Part shown: positions 1-8,339 of the stretch, piece after piece
Layout: each line of letters opens with the position of its first letter
How positions within the stretch are numbered: the stretch's first letter is position 1
Assembly (NCBI GenBank): GCA_910577085.1
Contig: CAJTLE010000001.1
Location: forward strand, 728-64,727
Source of the DNA: an uncultured Allobaculum sp.
GTDB taxonomy: Bacteria > Bacillota_I > Bacilli_A > Erysipelotrichales > Erysipelotrichaceae
Length of the DNA stretch: 64,000 nucleotides
Direction: 5' to 3'
The notes under the pieces: generated by a model
Told to the model about the DNA's origin: nothing
What the model saw: only the letters and a program-made list of their open reading frames with translations
Database searches by the model: none
Translations under genes and position numbers: made by a program

Positions 1-12
1 CCTCCTGAACAT

Positions 13-1617
13 ATGTATAATTTGTTAAAACATTATTATACATATCCTTGTTTTTCAAGAGGGAAAGCGGGTTATAGCTTTATATGTAGCGATGTCTTCG
101 TTTTGATTAGCGCTTCCTGTGTATATAGTGGGGAAATCAGGTTACAAAGCCGTTACTATCTCGACAACAATCTGGCCCGCAAGATTCATACCCGCATCCG
201 TGATTACTCCATGATGGGTGAAAAGCCAGAAGCCGCCCGTTATTTTGGCGGTCTGTTTGATCAGGAGATGACCTCATTTTATAAAGATGCGGTCATGGAT
301 TCATATGGTCTGGATCTGAATGTGGATATCCTGACGGCGATTGAAAAAGAAGCCGAACTGCTTGGCCTTTACAAGGATGATCCGGATGAAATGCGTCTGA
401 TGGATCAGTATGTCCGCGATGTTATCCGCACGACCCGTGATCTGAGCTGTCCATTTATTGAAACGCCGCTTGGAGAAACCAGAGCACCGGTTTACAGCTG
501 CACCTATAACACTTCGCTCATCCCGCCAAAGGGCGACGATTCGCTGCGCAGCCGCCTGATTCAAAGTGAACTGGCCAATCTAGGCGGCACTCCGGATGAT
601 GACATTCCAGAAAACATGATCATGTTCTACAAGTCGTTCTATGGTCTGCGCGCCAATGAGCTCAGCAAGTTCGCTCCGCCGATTCATGACGAAACCCATG
701 ACCGGCCAGGCGGCGAGTACTTCAAGGCTTACTACGAACTCGTGGATGGTCTGTTCCCGATTCCAGGTAAGAGTTCTGGCATCAGCCCGCATCTGGATAA
801 ATGGTGGCATCTGGTTACCAAAATGCCGGATCTCGATGAAGGCAACCAGGACAAACTGTTCCATGAACAGTTTGCGGCTTTCTTCTGGGCCATGTTGATT
901 GGACTGATTGAACTCGATCAGATTTCGGATGAGCAGTGCCAGTACAAGATCAACCATGTGCGTCTGCGCTTAAACAATGATCCGCGCCTGAAATTCAACA
1001 GCAGCACACTGGTGGTTTCCAATGGAACACCATGCGACAAGCTGTATGAAGTTCTCGATGCGATCTCGATTTATCCAGCCCTGATTCACCGCATTCTGGA
1101 CTACGTCAACAATGAAATCGCCTATGACATCAATATGAATGGCGATCTGAAAGATCGTCTGTTATGGGCCAATCTGAAGAAATTTGAAATTGAAGAGCCG
1201 CTGATTGGTGTCAACCACGAAAAATCAACGTGCATTCTGGATCTGCCGCTGCTGCTGCGTAAGTCCAACAACACGAAGACTTACTTTGAAGAAGATTCCA
1301 TTGGTCTGTTGAAAGTGATTCTCGATGAGCTCAGACATTACTTCGAACTGAATATCAATGAAAAAGATGCGCTCAATGACTACATCGATTTCATCAAGAC
1401 AGAATATGCCCGCAGTCTTGTCAGCTGGGAAAAAGAAGAACAGGCCATTCCGGCAACGCTGACTGGTTCTTTATTTAACAGCTGGTATGAAACGCTGGCT
1501 CAGTACTTTGAAGATCTCGGCGCCCGTCGAGATGCCAGAGAGATCCGTTCGAAAGCGGAAGAACTCAAACAGAAGTACGACGCACAAAAGGGAAAAGGTG
1601 CGGATGCAAACGCCTAG
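13..1617 (+). CDS. Uncharacterised hydrophilic protein, component A of the four-gene operon. The 5' end is uncertain: the ORF is open to the window edge, and the first ATG after the AT-rich leader is at 211.
   Basis: A 534-codon ORF. Nt 1-140 are AT-rich with rare codons and a TATAAT at 16-21, and coding-like composition starts near 150. No Walker A or other family motif recognised. Gene B follows 30 nt downstream with its own SD. Confidence 0.6.
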   Translation: MYNLLKHYYTYPCFSRGKAGYSFICSDVFVLISASCVYSGEIRLQSRYYLDNNLARKIHTRIRDYSMMGEKPEAARYFGGLFDQEMTSFYKDAVMDSYGLDLNVDILTAIEKEAELLGLYKDDPDEMRLMDQYVRDVIRTTRDLSCPFIETPLGETRAPVYSCTYNTSLIPPKGDDSLRSRLIQSELANLGGTPDDDIPENMIMFYKSFYGLRANELSKFAPPIHDETHDRPGGEYFKAYYELVDGLFPIPGKSSGISPHLDKWWHLVTKMPDLDEGNQDKLFHEQFAAFFWAMLIGLIELDQISDEQCQYKINHVRLRLNNDPRLKFNSSTLVVSNGTPCDKLYEVLDAISIYPALIHRILDYVNNEIAYDINMNGDLKDRLLWANLKKFEIEEPLIGVNHEKSTCILDLPLLLRKSNNTKTYFEEDSIGLLKVILDELRHYFELNINEKDALNDYIDFIKTEYARSLVSWEKEEQAIPATLTGSLFNSWYETLAQYFEDLGARRDAREIRSKAEELKQKYDAQKGKGADANA

Positions 1618-1647
1618 AAAGACTGATTCAGAAAGGGGATTTCGAAC

Positions 1648-3585
1648 ATGTTGAATGTTCTGATCATGAACCGCGCGACGCGTGATTCCTTTCTGGAGCA
1701 GCCGGTTCTATATGCCAACATCGTCAATCGGCCGGATATCGAAATCTGCGGCTGGATTGAGTCTGGATCCACGCTGGAAACGGCTCTGCCGGCGATCGAT
1801 GAACTGGTCGGGCCCCATCAGAAATGGCGGGCCATTGTGATCAGTTATGAAGACGATGGCGTCATGGAAAAATTCGCCACTGATCCGGAAAATCCATTTG
1901 ATTTTGACGGCAGTCCCTTTGCCTTATACCAGCAAAACCCCATTCCACTGGTCAGGCTGACGCATCTGCTTAAAGGTCTGCCGCCGCTGGAAAAGAGATA
2001 TGTCGAAGAACAGATTGTCGACAAGACCGGGATGCCAAAGATGGTGTTTACCGAGCAGCCGCCTGATGAAGCGGTGGCCATGCAATGGAAACAGTTATCC
2101 GACCTGTATGAAAACGATCTGCGTGAACCCGAGCAGATCGTTCTCATACGCCGCCGTCTGAAACCCAAAGACCCATCCAAACGCCGTCTGGAAAATATGT
2201 GGAGCCTGCCTGAAGAAATCGAAAGTTCCCGGTTTGCGGACCGCAATGGCTATGCGCCAGGATGCCGGTTTCTGTGTGTGGACTACACCCGCCAGGGAAA
2301 ATACCAGACGATTCAGGAAGCCTTTGAATTCTGGGTGAACAGTACGCTGATGGCCACGATTGAAGTGGATGGCAGCACCTTACAGGCTGGAAGACTGTAT
2401 CGTCTGGAGACGCGGATGGACAAAAATTCGCTGACCAGTCTGTTTCGGATTCTGGATGCCAGGCTGACTAAAGTACAGAGCAGTTATCTTGAACATTCTG
2501 CCCGGCTGAAAGAAAAGCAGGCCAGTCAGGAGGAACGACTGCCGGCTTATCAGGTGACGCTGCCTGAACTGCATCTGGAAACGGGATCGTTTGATGAAAG
2601 TGAAGAGATCTCCCTGAACTTTGCGATGTTTCCGGCCCGTAAGATGGACCCGATTCATGAGTGGCAGGAATATCTGACACTTGTCCAGCAGGAATATCAG
2701 GCGTCGATTAAAAAAATCAGCCGCTCGTTTGACCGGGCGGCAGAGAAATTCCATGACAAGATGCATGTCAGTGTCGAAAAGGTCGAACTGCTCAATCAAT
2801 GGCAGAAAGAAGATCTGGCCGAAGAACTCCAGAAAGAAAAGCTTGCCTGGATGGAAACAGGCGCCAGTCTGCCGGCCACGGGCATTGTCCGCAATCAGAA
2901 ACTTCAGAAAACGGATGATACGGTCCGCTGGCTGTTAGAAAACCAGGCTGATCGGCGCGATGTTGGTTTCGTAGAAGGCAGCCTGCTTGTCATTGGGCTG
3001 CTGGTGGGACTCATTGGATTTGTTTTTCCGATTCAACGAAACCAGCAGGCCTGGGCGATGATTTTCTGGATTGTGCTGACCCTGCTTGTCGTCTGTGGTG
3101 TGGGATGGCTGAGTCTGTTTTTGTGGAACCGTCAGGCAAGAAATCTGGCTGCTTCGTATCGTGATGAAATCCGACAGGCTGCAGCTGCGATGAACTCGGA
3201 TACCAATGGCTTTGCGAAATATTTAGAGCAGGCCGTTAATCTGGTTCGCGGCTCGCAATATCTGCGCCTGAGCGACACGAAAGCATTGATGGGCCAGGTG
3301 CAGGATCAGTCCACCCTCTTTAACAACCACCAACAAGTCGATCTGCTGACGGATCTGCAAAATAACCTGCATACCCTTCAGGCTGCCAACCATATCTTGT
3401 TGGAGGAAAATGAATTTCAAAGGGCATTGCCAGAACAAAACTGGGAAGATGTGGATGAAAAAAATCTGCTTTTGATTGAAGAAGATCCCGTCCAGGTGGA
3501 AGTCAATCACTCCGGATTTCATGTTGAAAGCCCATGGCCGTTTGTCAGCCGTCTGATTGTGGAACGGGAGGAGCTGTATGAATAA
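1648..3585 (+). CDS. Uncharacterised membrane protein with a central TM hairpin, component B
   Basis: ATG 1648 is preceded by an AAAGGGGA SD; 645 aa. Two adjacent hydrophobic helices (SLLVIGLLVGLIGFVF and AMIFWIVLTLLVVCGVGWLSLFLW, nt ~2970-3125) lie between a ~440-aa N-terminal and a ~150-aa C-terminal hydrophilic region. No catalytic motif recognised. Confidence 0.75.
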   Translation: MLNVLIMNRATRDSFLEQPVLYANIVNRPDIEICGWIESGSTLETALPAIDELVGPHQKWRAIVISYEDDGVMEKFATDPENPFDFDGSPFALYQQNPIPLVRLTHLLKGLPPLEKRYVEEQIVDKTGMPKMVFTEQPPDEAVAMQWKQLSDLYENDLREPEQIVLIRRRLKPKDPSKRRLENMWSLPEEIESSRFADRNGYAPGCRFLCVDYTRQGKYQTIQEAFEFWVNSTLMATIEVDGSTLQAGRLYRLETRMDKNSLTSLFRILDARLTKVQSSYLEHSARLKEKQASQEERLPAYQVTLPELHLETGSFDESEEISLNFAMFPARKMDPIHEWQEYLTLVQQEYQASIKKISRSFDRAAEKFHDKMHVSVEKVELLNQWQKEDLAEELQKEKLAWMETGASLPATGIVRNQKLQKTDDTVRWLLENQADRRDVGFVEGSLLVIGLLVGLIGFVFPIQRNQQAWAMIFWIVLTLLVVCGVGWLSLFLWNRQARNLAASYRDEIRQAAAAMNSDTNGFAKYLEQAVNLVRGSQYLRLSDTKALMGQVQDQSTLFNNHQQVDLLTDLQNNLHTLQAANHILLEENEFQRALPEQNWEDVDEKNLLLIEEDPVQVEVNHSGFHVESPWPFVSRLIVEREELYE

Positions 3586-6500
3586 TCTCCAGCAGCTTTT
3601 CCTTCATCTTCTCTCCTGTATCGCCGGCTTATATGCCCTGTGCGGACTTGGACAGCTGTATCCGCTCAAAAAGCCCAACCGTCCTTTGGAAGGGGTCATG
3701 GTACTGGTTGCCATCGGGTACAGTCTGATTGCTTCCTGGGTGCTGCTTGACCATGCCAGTCAGCTGGTGGCCATGCTTCCAGACTGGCTCTCTCACAGCG
3801 CCGGCATTGATCTGCCTGCACTGTCGACAATGTTTCTGTTTGGCTATGCGCTGGTGCGTTTTGCGGTCGATGGAATTTTGCGCGGCCTGCAGTCACATAA
3901 TGAGCTGTTGGCGTTTTGCGCCCTTGATTTTTATGAACAGGATCCCACCAGCCGCCAGTGGCATTTAAAACAGGGGCTGGCCGGATTTCAGCGGTTCATT
4001 CGATGGACGTACCTGGCCGCTCTTATTATGAGTGTTCTGTTTTTAACGATCGTCTGGACCTGGCCGAATGCCCAGATTGGCTGGGTCAGCTGGCTGCCAG
4101 TCGCTTTGTTGCCGATCTTGATGGCGATTAGAGTCTATCTGGATGGCCTGCCGCCCTTGCTGGATCCAAAACGAAACTACAGCGGATCTGGCATTGATGC
4201 GCTTGATATCTGCAACTATTATGGTCTGCGCTCTGTATATGAAGAAAACCTGCCGGAGCCCTTATTGACCTCGACCGCAGGCTGTGATCTGCGGCATCTG
4301 ACCAGTGCGATCAATCTGGTCGAAACCTGGCGCAAAAATGGCGGTCAGATCGAACGGATTGCCGCTGAGTATTATGCCCTGCATCAGCGTTTTGCCAAAA
4401 GCGATCCGGATTGTGCCGCGGCTTCGATTGATCTGCTCAAAGGCCGCAATGTAGTGTTCTTCAACCCGTTTTACCGGGATCTCAGTCTGTATCTGACGCT
4501 GCCACTGGCTTCGACTTTACTGGCCGGGGATCATGTCCTGATTCTTTGCGGCCGCAAAAGTCTGGAACAGCCGGCTAGAGAATGGATTGAAGAAGCAATT
4601 GGTTCGCAGACGCGCACGGAACACCTGTGGACGATACGACAGATTGATGATCAGGATGAACCTTGTCAGATCGGAATTATGACGTTTAACCAGATCTACA
4701 ATCATGCCGTTTTGAAAAACAATCAGGACTTCTTCCATAAAGTGCAGTTTGTCATTTTGCTTGAGCCATCTAAACTGATTGGAACCAGTCAGACGGCTCT
4801 GTCCATTATTGCCTCCAATCTCGGAGAGCCTGACCGCCGGCCGGTTTATGCGGTATGTGACCGTCAGACCACGGGTCTGATCGATACACTGTCGCATGTT
4901 TTAAAAAGTGAATTCATTGAAGCCTGTGCCAGTCCGGTTCCACATTGCCTGTACACCGCGATGTTCTGGGATGCCGATGGGGAATTCCGTCGTCAGGAGT
5001 TTTTTGATCACCAGAGCCGGTATCTTGGCAATGGTCTGGAACTGGCCGCTCTGGCCATCCGCTCCCAGGTGCCGCAGGTCAAATGGATTGGGGAAACCAA
5101 AGTTCCACTCAAAGATCTGCGCCGGATTGCCGGGCAGAGCTATCAGAACCTGTGCCGGTTCATGAACATCAAAGTCAGCCAGAATGCGTTGTTTGAGCGG
5201 GTCGATTTTGTCGACAGCCTCTGGCAGCCCGAAATGGAAAAACGGCCATTTCTGATTGTTGAAGATGAATTCAACAATCTCTTTGCGACGCTTCATCCGT
5301 ATCTGGCCAGAGGAACCGGACAGTCCTTTGTCCATATGCTTTCGGAAAACTATCTGCTTCGCGATTACATGAAGGAAAACCGGGAAGTGTTCGCAAGCAA
5401 TCCCCAGGCTGTTCCTTCCTTGATTCCGGATTATGCAAGAACCGAACGCAATACGATTTTGAAACTGCTTCTGTTGATGAACATGAAGCCAGTCGATGAA
5501 GAAACCATCGCCAGAGAACTGCGGATGACGGGCATTTTAAACCGGGATCTCGAAAACGAAATCAACCGGCTGGTCCGAAAGTATACGCCGGCCGATGAGA
5601 CGATCTTTACGATCAACCGCCGCAAAAAACTGGTGAACGAATTTACTCAGAAAGTGGTCGTTGAATATTCGATCAGTGATGAAGCTTTCAGCCAGTACTT
5701 CCAGTCCTCGTTGAAAAATGCCTATTTTGTCGTTGAAGATGAACTGGCCAACCGTGAGTATCTCGATGCCAGACTGTATGGGCAGATCGTTCAGGCCATT
5801 TTGCCAGGGCAGTTTCTGACGTATGGCGGCAAGTATTATCAGGTTCATTCCATCAACCCGATGGATGGCGTGATTCTCCGACGGGCTTCGGATCTGTATG
5901 AAGGCCGTGAGTACTATCGCCAGAAGCGGATTTATACCATTACCACCACTCCAGCCAATGAGACAGAAAGTCCGTCCAACGATGCGATAAATCCAACGGA
6001 TGAGATCACGGCGGAACTGGTCAGCTTCCAGCAGATCGGTTCCATTGAACTGCGTCAGGAACGCCACAATTTTTCAGTGGAAACCCCTGGGTATCTGCGG
6101 CTGCATGATAACCATGATCTTGAACATGGTGTGCCTTACACCTTCCAGCAGGAAGGCCGACAGGAGATTTTCAACCGCTCGTATTTAAGTAAGACACTGT
6201 TACGGGTGAAGATGCCGGAAATGGATACACAGGATGCTCTGACCTTCTGTGTCCTGCTCAATGAACTGTTTCGCAGTATCTATCCGGAAAACTGGCCATA
6301 TCTTTGCGCAGCAGCAGTTTATGATCCACAGGATGTCGATCCATGGATGAGCTATCTGGTTCCTCAGGTCAAGGGAAACTTTGAAGAGGGCGAAGTGCTG
6401 ATCATTGAAGACAGTGAAATGGATCTGGGACTGATTGATTCATTCTGCCGAAATTTTGACAGCCTGATGGGCATTGTCTATGACTATCTGGACTGGCTGG

Positions 6501-6835
6501 AAAATCCACAGGTGGAAAGCAGAGAAGATACAATCTATGAAGTGGATTTCGATGCGTTGATTGAAGAGATCAGGGAACGTAAAAAAGAAGAAGCCAAAAA
6601 GAAAAGCTTTTTCGCCCGCTGGAGAGCCAGACATTCCAAAAAGGACAAAGACAAGCCAGATCAAGCGGATTCAAATTCCGATGATGGTCCAGGCCATAGT
6701 GCAGATTCAAAACCTGACCAGCCAAAAGAAGAGGACACTTCGGCCTCTGATGGCAAGACCACACAATCCAAAACGGAACAACTAGTCAAATTTACAAGAC
6801 CCGTTCCGGATGATTTAAATCAGCCAAATTCTTGA
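3578..6835 (+). CDS. Uncharacterised 1085-aa polytopic membrane protein with a large cytoplasmic body (possible degenerate helicase-like core) and a disordered charged tail, component C
   Basis: The track ORF is 3557-6835. ATG 3578 is preferred because GGAGG lies ~8 nt upstream and the start overlaps the gene B stop (ATGAATAA). About 5 hydrophobic helices occur in the first ~190 aa. No GxxxxGK[ST] anywhere. The C-terminal ~95 aa are rich in K/E/D/S. Confidence 0.75.
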   Translation: MNNLQQLFLHLLSCIAGLYALCGLGQLYPLKKPNRPLEGVMVLVAIGYSLIASWVLLDHASQLVAMLPDWLSHSAGIDLPALSTMFLFGYALVRFAVDGILRGLQSHNELLAFCALDFYEQDPTSRQWHLKQGLAGFQRFIRWTYLAALIMSVLFLTIVWTWPNAQIGWVSWLPVALLPILMAIRVYLDGLPPLLDPKRNYSGSGIDALDICNYYGLRSVYEENLPEPLLTSTAGCDLRHLTSAINLVETWRKNGGQIERIAAEYYALHQRFAKSDPDCAAASIDLLKGRNVVFFNPFYRDLSLYLTLPLASTLLAGDHVLILCGRKSLEQPAREWIEEAIGSQTRTEHLWTIRQIDDQDEPCQIGIMTFNQIYNHAVLKNNQDFFHKVQFVILLEPSKLIGTSQTALSIIASNLGEPDRRPVYAVCDRQTTGLIDTLSHVLKSEFIEACASPVPHCLYTAMFWDADGEFRRQEFFDHQSRYLGNGLELAALAIRSQVPQVKWIGETKVPLKDLRRIAGQSYQNLCRFMNIKVSQNALFERVDFVDSLWQPEMEKRPFLIVEDEFNNLFATLHPYLARGTGQSFVHMLSENYLLRDYMKENREVFASNPQAVPSLIPDYARTERNTILKLLLLMNMKPVDEETIARELRMTGILNRDLENEINRLVRKYTPADETIFTINRRKKLVNEFTQKVVVEYSISDEAFSQYFQSSLKNAYFVVEDELANREYLDARLYGQIVQAILPGQFLTYGGKYYQVHSINPMDGVILRRASDLYEGREYYRQKRIYTITTTPANETESPSNDAINPTDEITAELVSFQQIGSIELRQERHNFSVETPGYLRLHDNHDLEHGVPYTFQQEGRQEIFNRSYLSKTLLRVKMPEMDTQDALTFCVLLNELFRSIYPENWPYLCAAAVYDPQDVDPWMSYLVPQVKGNFEEGEVLIIEDSEMDLGLIDSFCRNFDSLMGIVYDYLDWLENPQVESREDTIYEVDFDALIEEIRERKKEEAKKKSFFARWRARHSKKDKDKPDQADSNSDDGPGHSADSKPDQPKEEDTSASDGKTTQSKTEQLVKFTRPVPDDLNQPNS

Positions 6836-6902
6836 GGCAGATTCGTTATAAGCAAAACCAACAACACCAGTCAGCAGCACAACAGGAAAGGATGGGGTAG
6901 AG

Positions 6903-7826
6903 ATGAACGAGGAAGAAAAGACACCATTTGATACCACTGCCTATCTGCGCTTTGGAAAAGATCAATTGCCTGACTATCTTCGACCTGGAAAGCTTCGTGA
7001 ATTTCTGGAAGACAACGGCTATGCCGGCAATCCGTTAACCAAAGCCCGCAAAGCCCCGCAGACCGTTTTCAAGGATCTTGAAATGACGGACGAAAAAGGC
7101 CAGCCGATTCTCGCTTCTTCCTGTGATTTCTGCGGCCAGCGCATCAATGGTGTTTCTTACCAGCAGTTAGCCGATGGCCGGATCCGCTGCAATGAGTGTG
7201 CTTCTACAGCCATTGAAAACCTTGAAGAATTCAAACTGCTCTTTGAACAGTGCATCCAGCTGATGCAGGATTTCTATCAGGTGACTTTCCAGGTTTCCCT
7301 CGATATCCGGACGACAGACAGCGATGAAATTGCCCGCCGGACCGGAATGAAAGGACCGGAAGGAATGGGCAAAAAAGTAAGAGTGCTTGGCTTTGCGCAG
7401 AGTCAGAATGGCAAACATACGGTCGTTATTGAAAATGGCAGCCCAAGACTGGCTTCGATTGATACGATCGTCCATGAAATGACCCACATCTGGCAATCCA
7501 TCTCCTGGAATGAAGCAGAGTTTGAGCGGCTGTACCACATGGGAAACAAGAAGAAAAATGCACTGGCCAGGCTGCTCGTGCGTGAAGGCATGGCCGTCTG
7601 GTCGGCCCTTCAGTTTCTTTACCTGATTGGAGAGACAAGTTATGCGTCTCGTCAGGAAGCTCTGATGGAAAATCGCAAAGATGAATATGGCCTTGGTTTT
7701 CTGTTGTTTCGCGAGCAGTTTCCTTTGATCCGAACGACTGATTTCCTGTATCGGACACCATTTACCGTCTTTCCGCCGATTCCACCAGAAACGATCCGAC
7801 AGATTGTCAACCATATCTTTGCCTGA
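6903..7826 (+). CDS. Zinc-ribbon plus HExxH (gluzincin/MA-clan-like) metallopeptidase, component D
   Basis: ATG 6903 follows a GGAAAGGATGGGG SD. CDFC-x18-CNEC (C74, C77, C96, C99). HEMTH at residues 191-195 (nt ~7473), with Glu 33 residues downstream in the REGMAVW context typical of HExxH...EGxAxW/Y peptidases. Confidence 0.7.
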   Translation: MNEEEKTPFDTTAYLRFGKDQLPDYLRPGKLREFLEDNGYAGNPLTKARKAPQTVFKDLEMTDEKGQPILASSCDFCGQRINGVSYQQLADGRIRCNECASTAIENLEEFKLLFEQCIQLMQDFYQVTFQVSLDIRTTDSDEIARRTGMKGPEGMGKKVRVLGFAQSQNGKHTVVIENGSPRLASIDTIVHEMTHIWQSISWNEAEFERLYHMGNKKKNALARLLVREGMAVWSALQFLYLIGETSYASRQEALMENRKDEYGLGFLLFREQFPLIRTTDFLYRTPFTVFPPIPPETIRQIVNHIFA

Positions 7827-7877
7827 ATCTTTCCTATGGAAAGACCAAAACGAATTGAATAAACATCAATCAAATTG

Positions 7878-7916
7878 AGCACCTGATTTTCCGCCCGGAA
7901 AGTCAGGTGCTTTTTG
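7878..7916 (+). terminator. Rho-independent terminator of the four-gene operon
   Basis: The arms AGCACCTGATTTTCCG / CGGAAAGTCAGGTGCT (16 bp, 1 mismatch) are followed by TTTTT. Confidence 0.8.
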
Positions 7917-8339
7917 TCGTGAAGGTCTGACAGAAAATGAAAGGGCTGTGCGAAAAAATTATCAAATGCCGGGCTTAATGTTTCTACTTTATCCATATTG
8001 GACATTTTGATTCCATTTTTACGTTGTCCATATGGTCACGATGGGTTGGGGGTCGGATAGAGAAGACAGAATTTTTAAAAAGTCAAAACGGGAACGCTTC
8101 ACCCTGCCGCATAAAGACAACATTAAGGGTAAAAAAGGCGTACCTTTGGGAGAATCGTAAAATCAGAGCACTGGTGAATAATGTCCGGATCAGATTCAAA
8201 GAAACTGAATGATTTGAGTGATGACAAATAAGGGAATTAAATTGTGAACAGAATGTCAAAATCCATGTAAATGCGAATCCGGAAGGGGGCAGGGATGCTA
8301 TACTTTGCCTGACAGATGAATAATTAGAGGTAGAAAAGA

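Noticed and set aside
13-1617. Idea that component A is the C-terminal part of a tubulin/FtsZ-like or other NTPase-containing protein
   Set aside because: No GTPase or ATPase signature lies within the window, and the N-terminus (if any) is outside it. This cannot be supported from this sequence alone.
7917-8339. Possible riboswitch (S-box, T-box or cobalamin) or the 62-aa ORF 8024-8212 upstream of the sulfite/nitrite reductase-like gene
   Set aside because: I could not find the conserved cores of SAM-I, T-box or B12 elements. The ORF has a TTG start, no SD and an unprotein-like sequence. A covariance-model scan would be needed to exclude other RNA classes.
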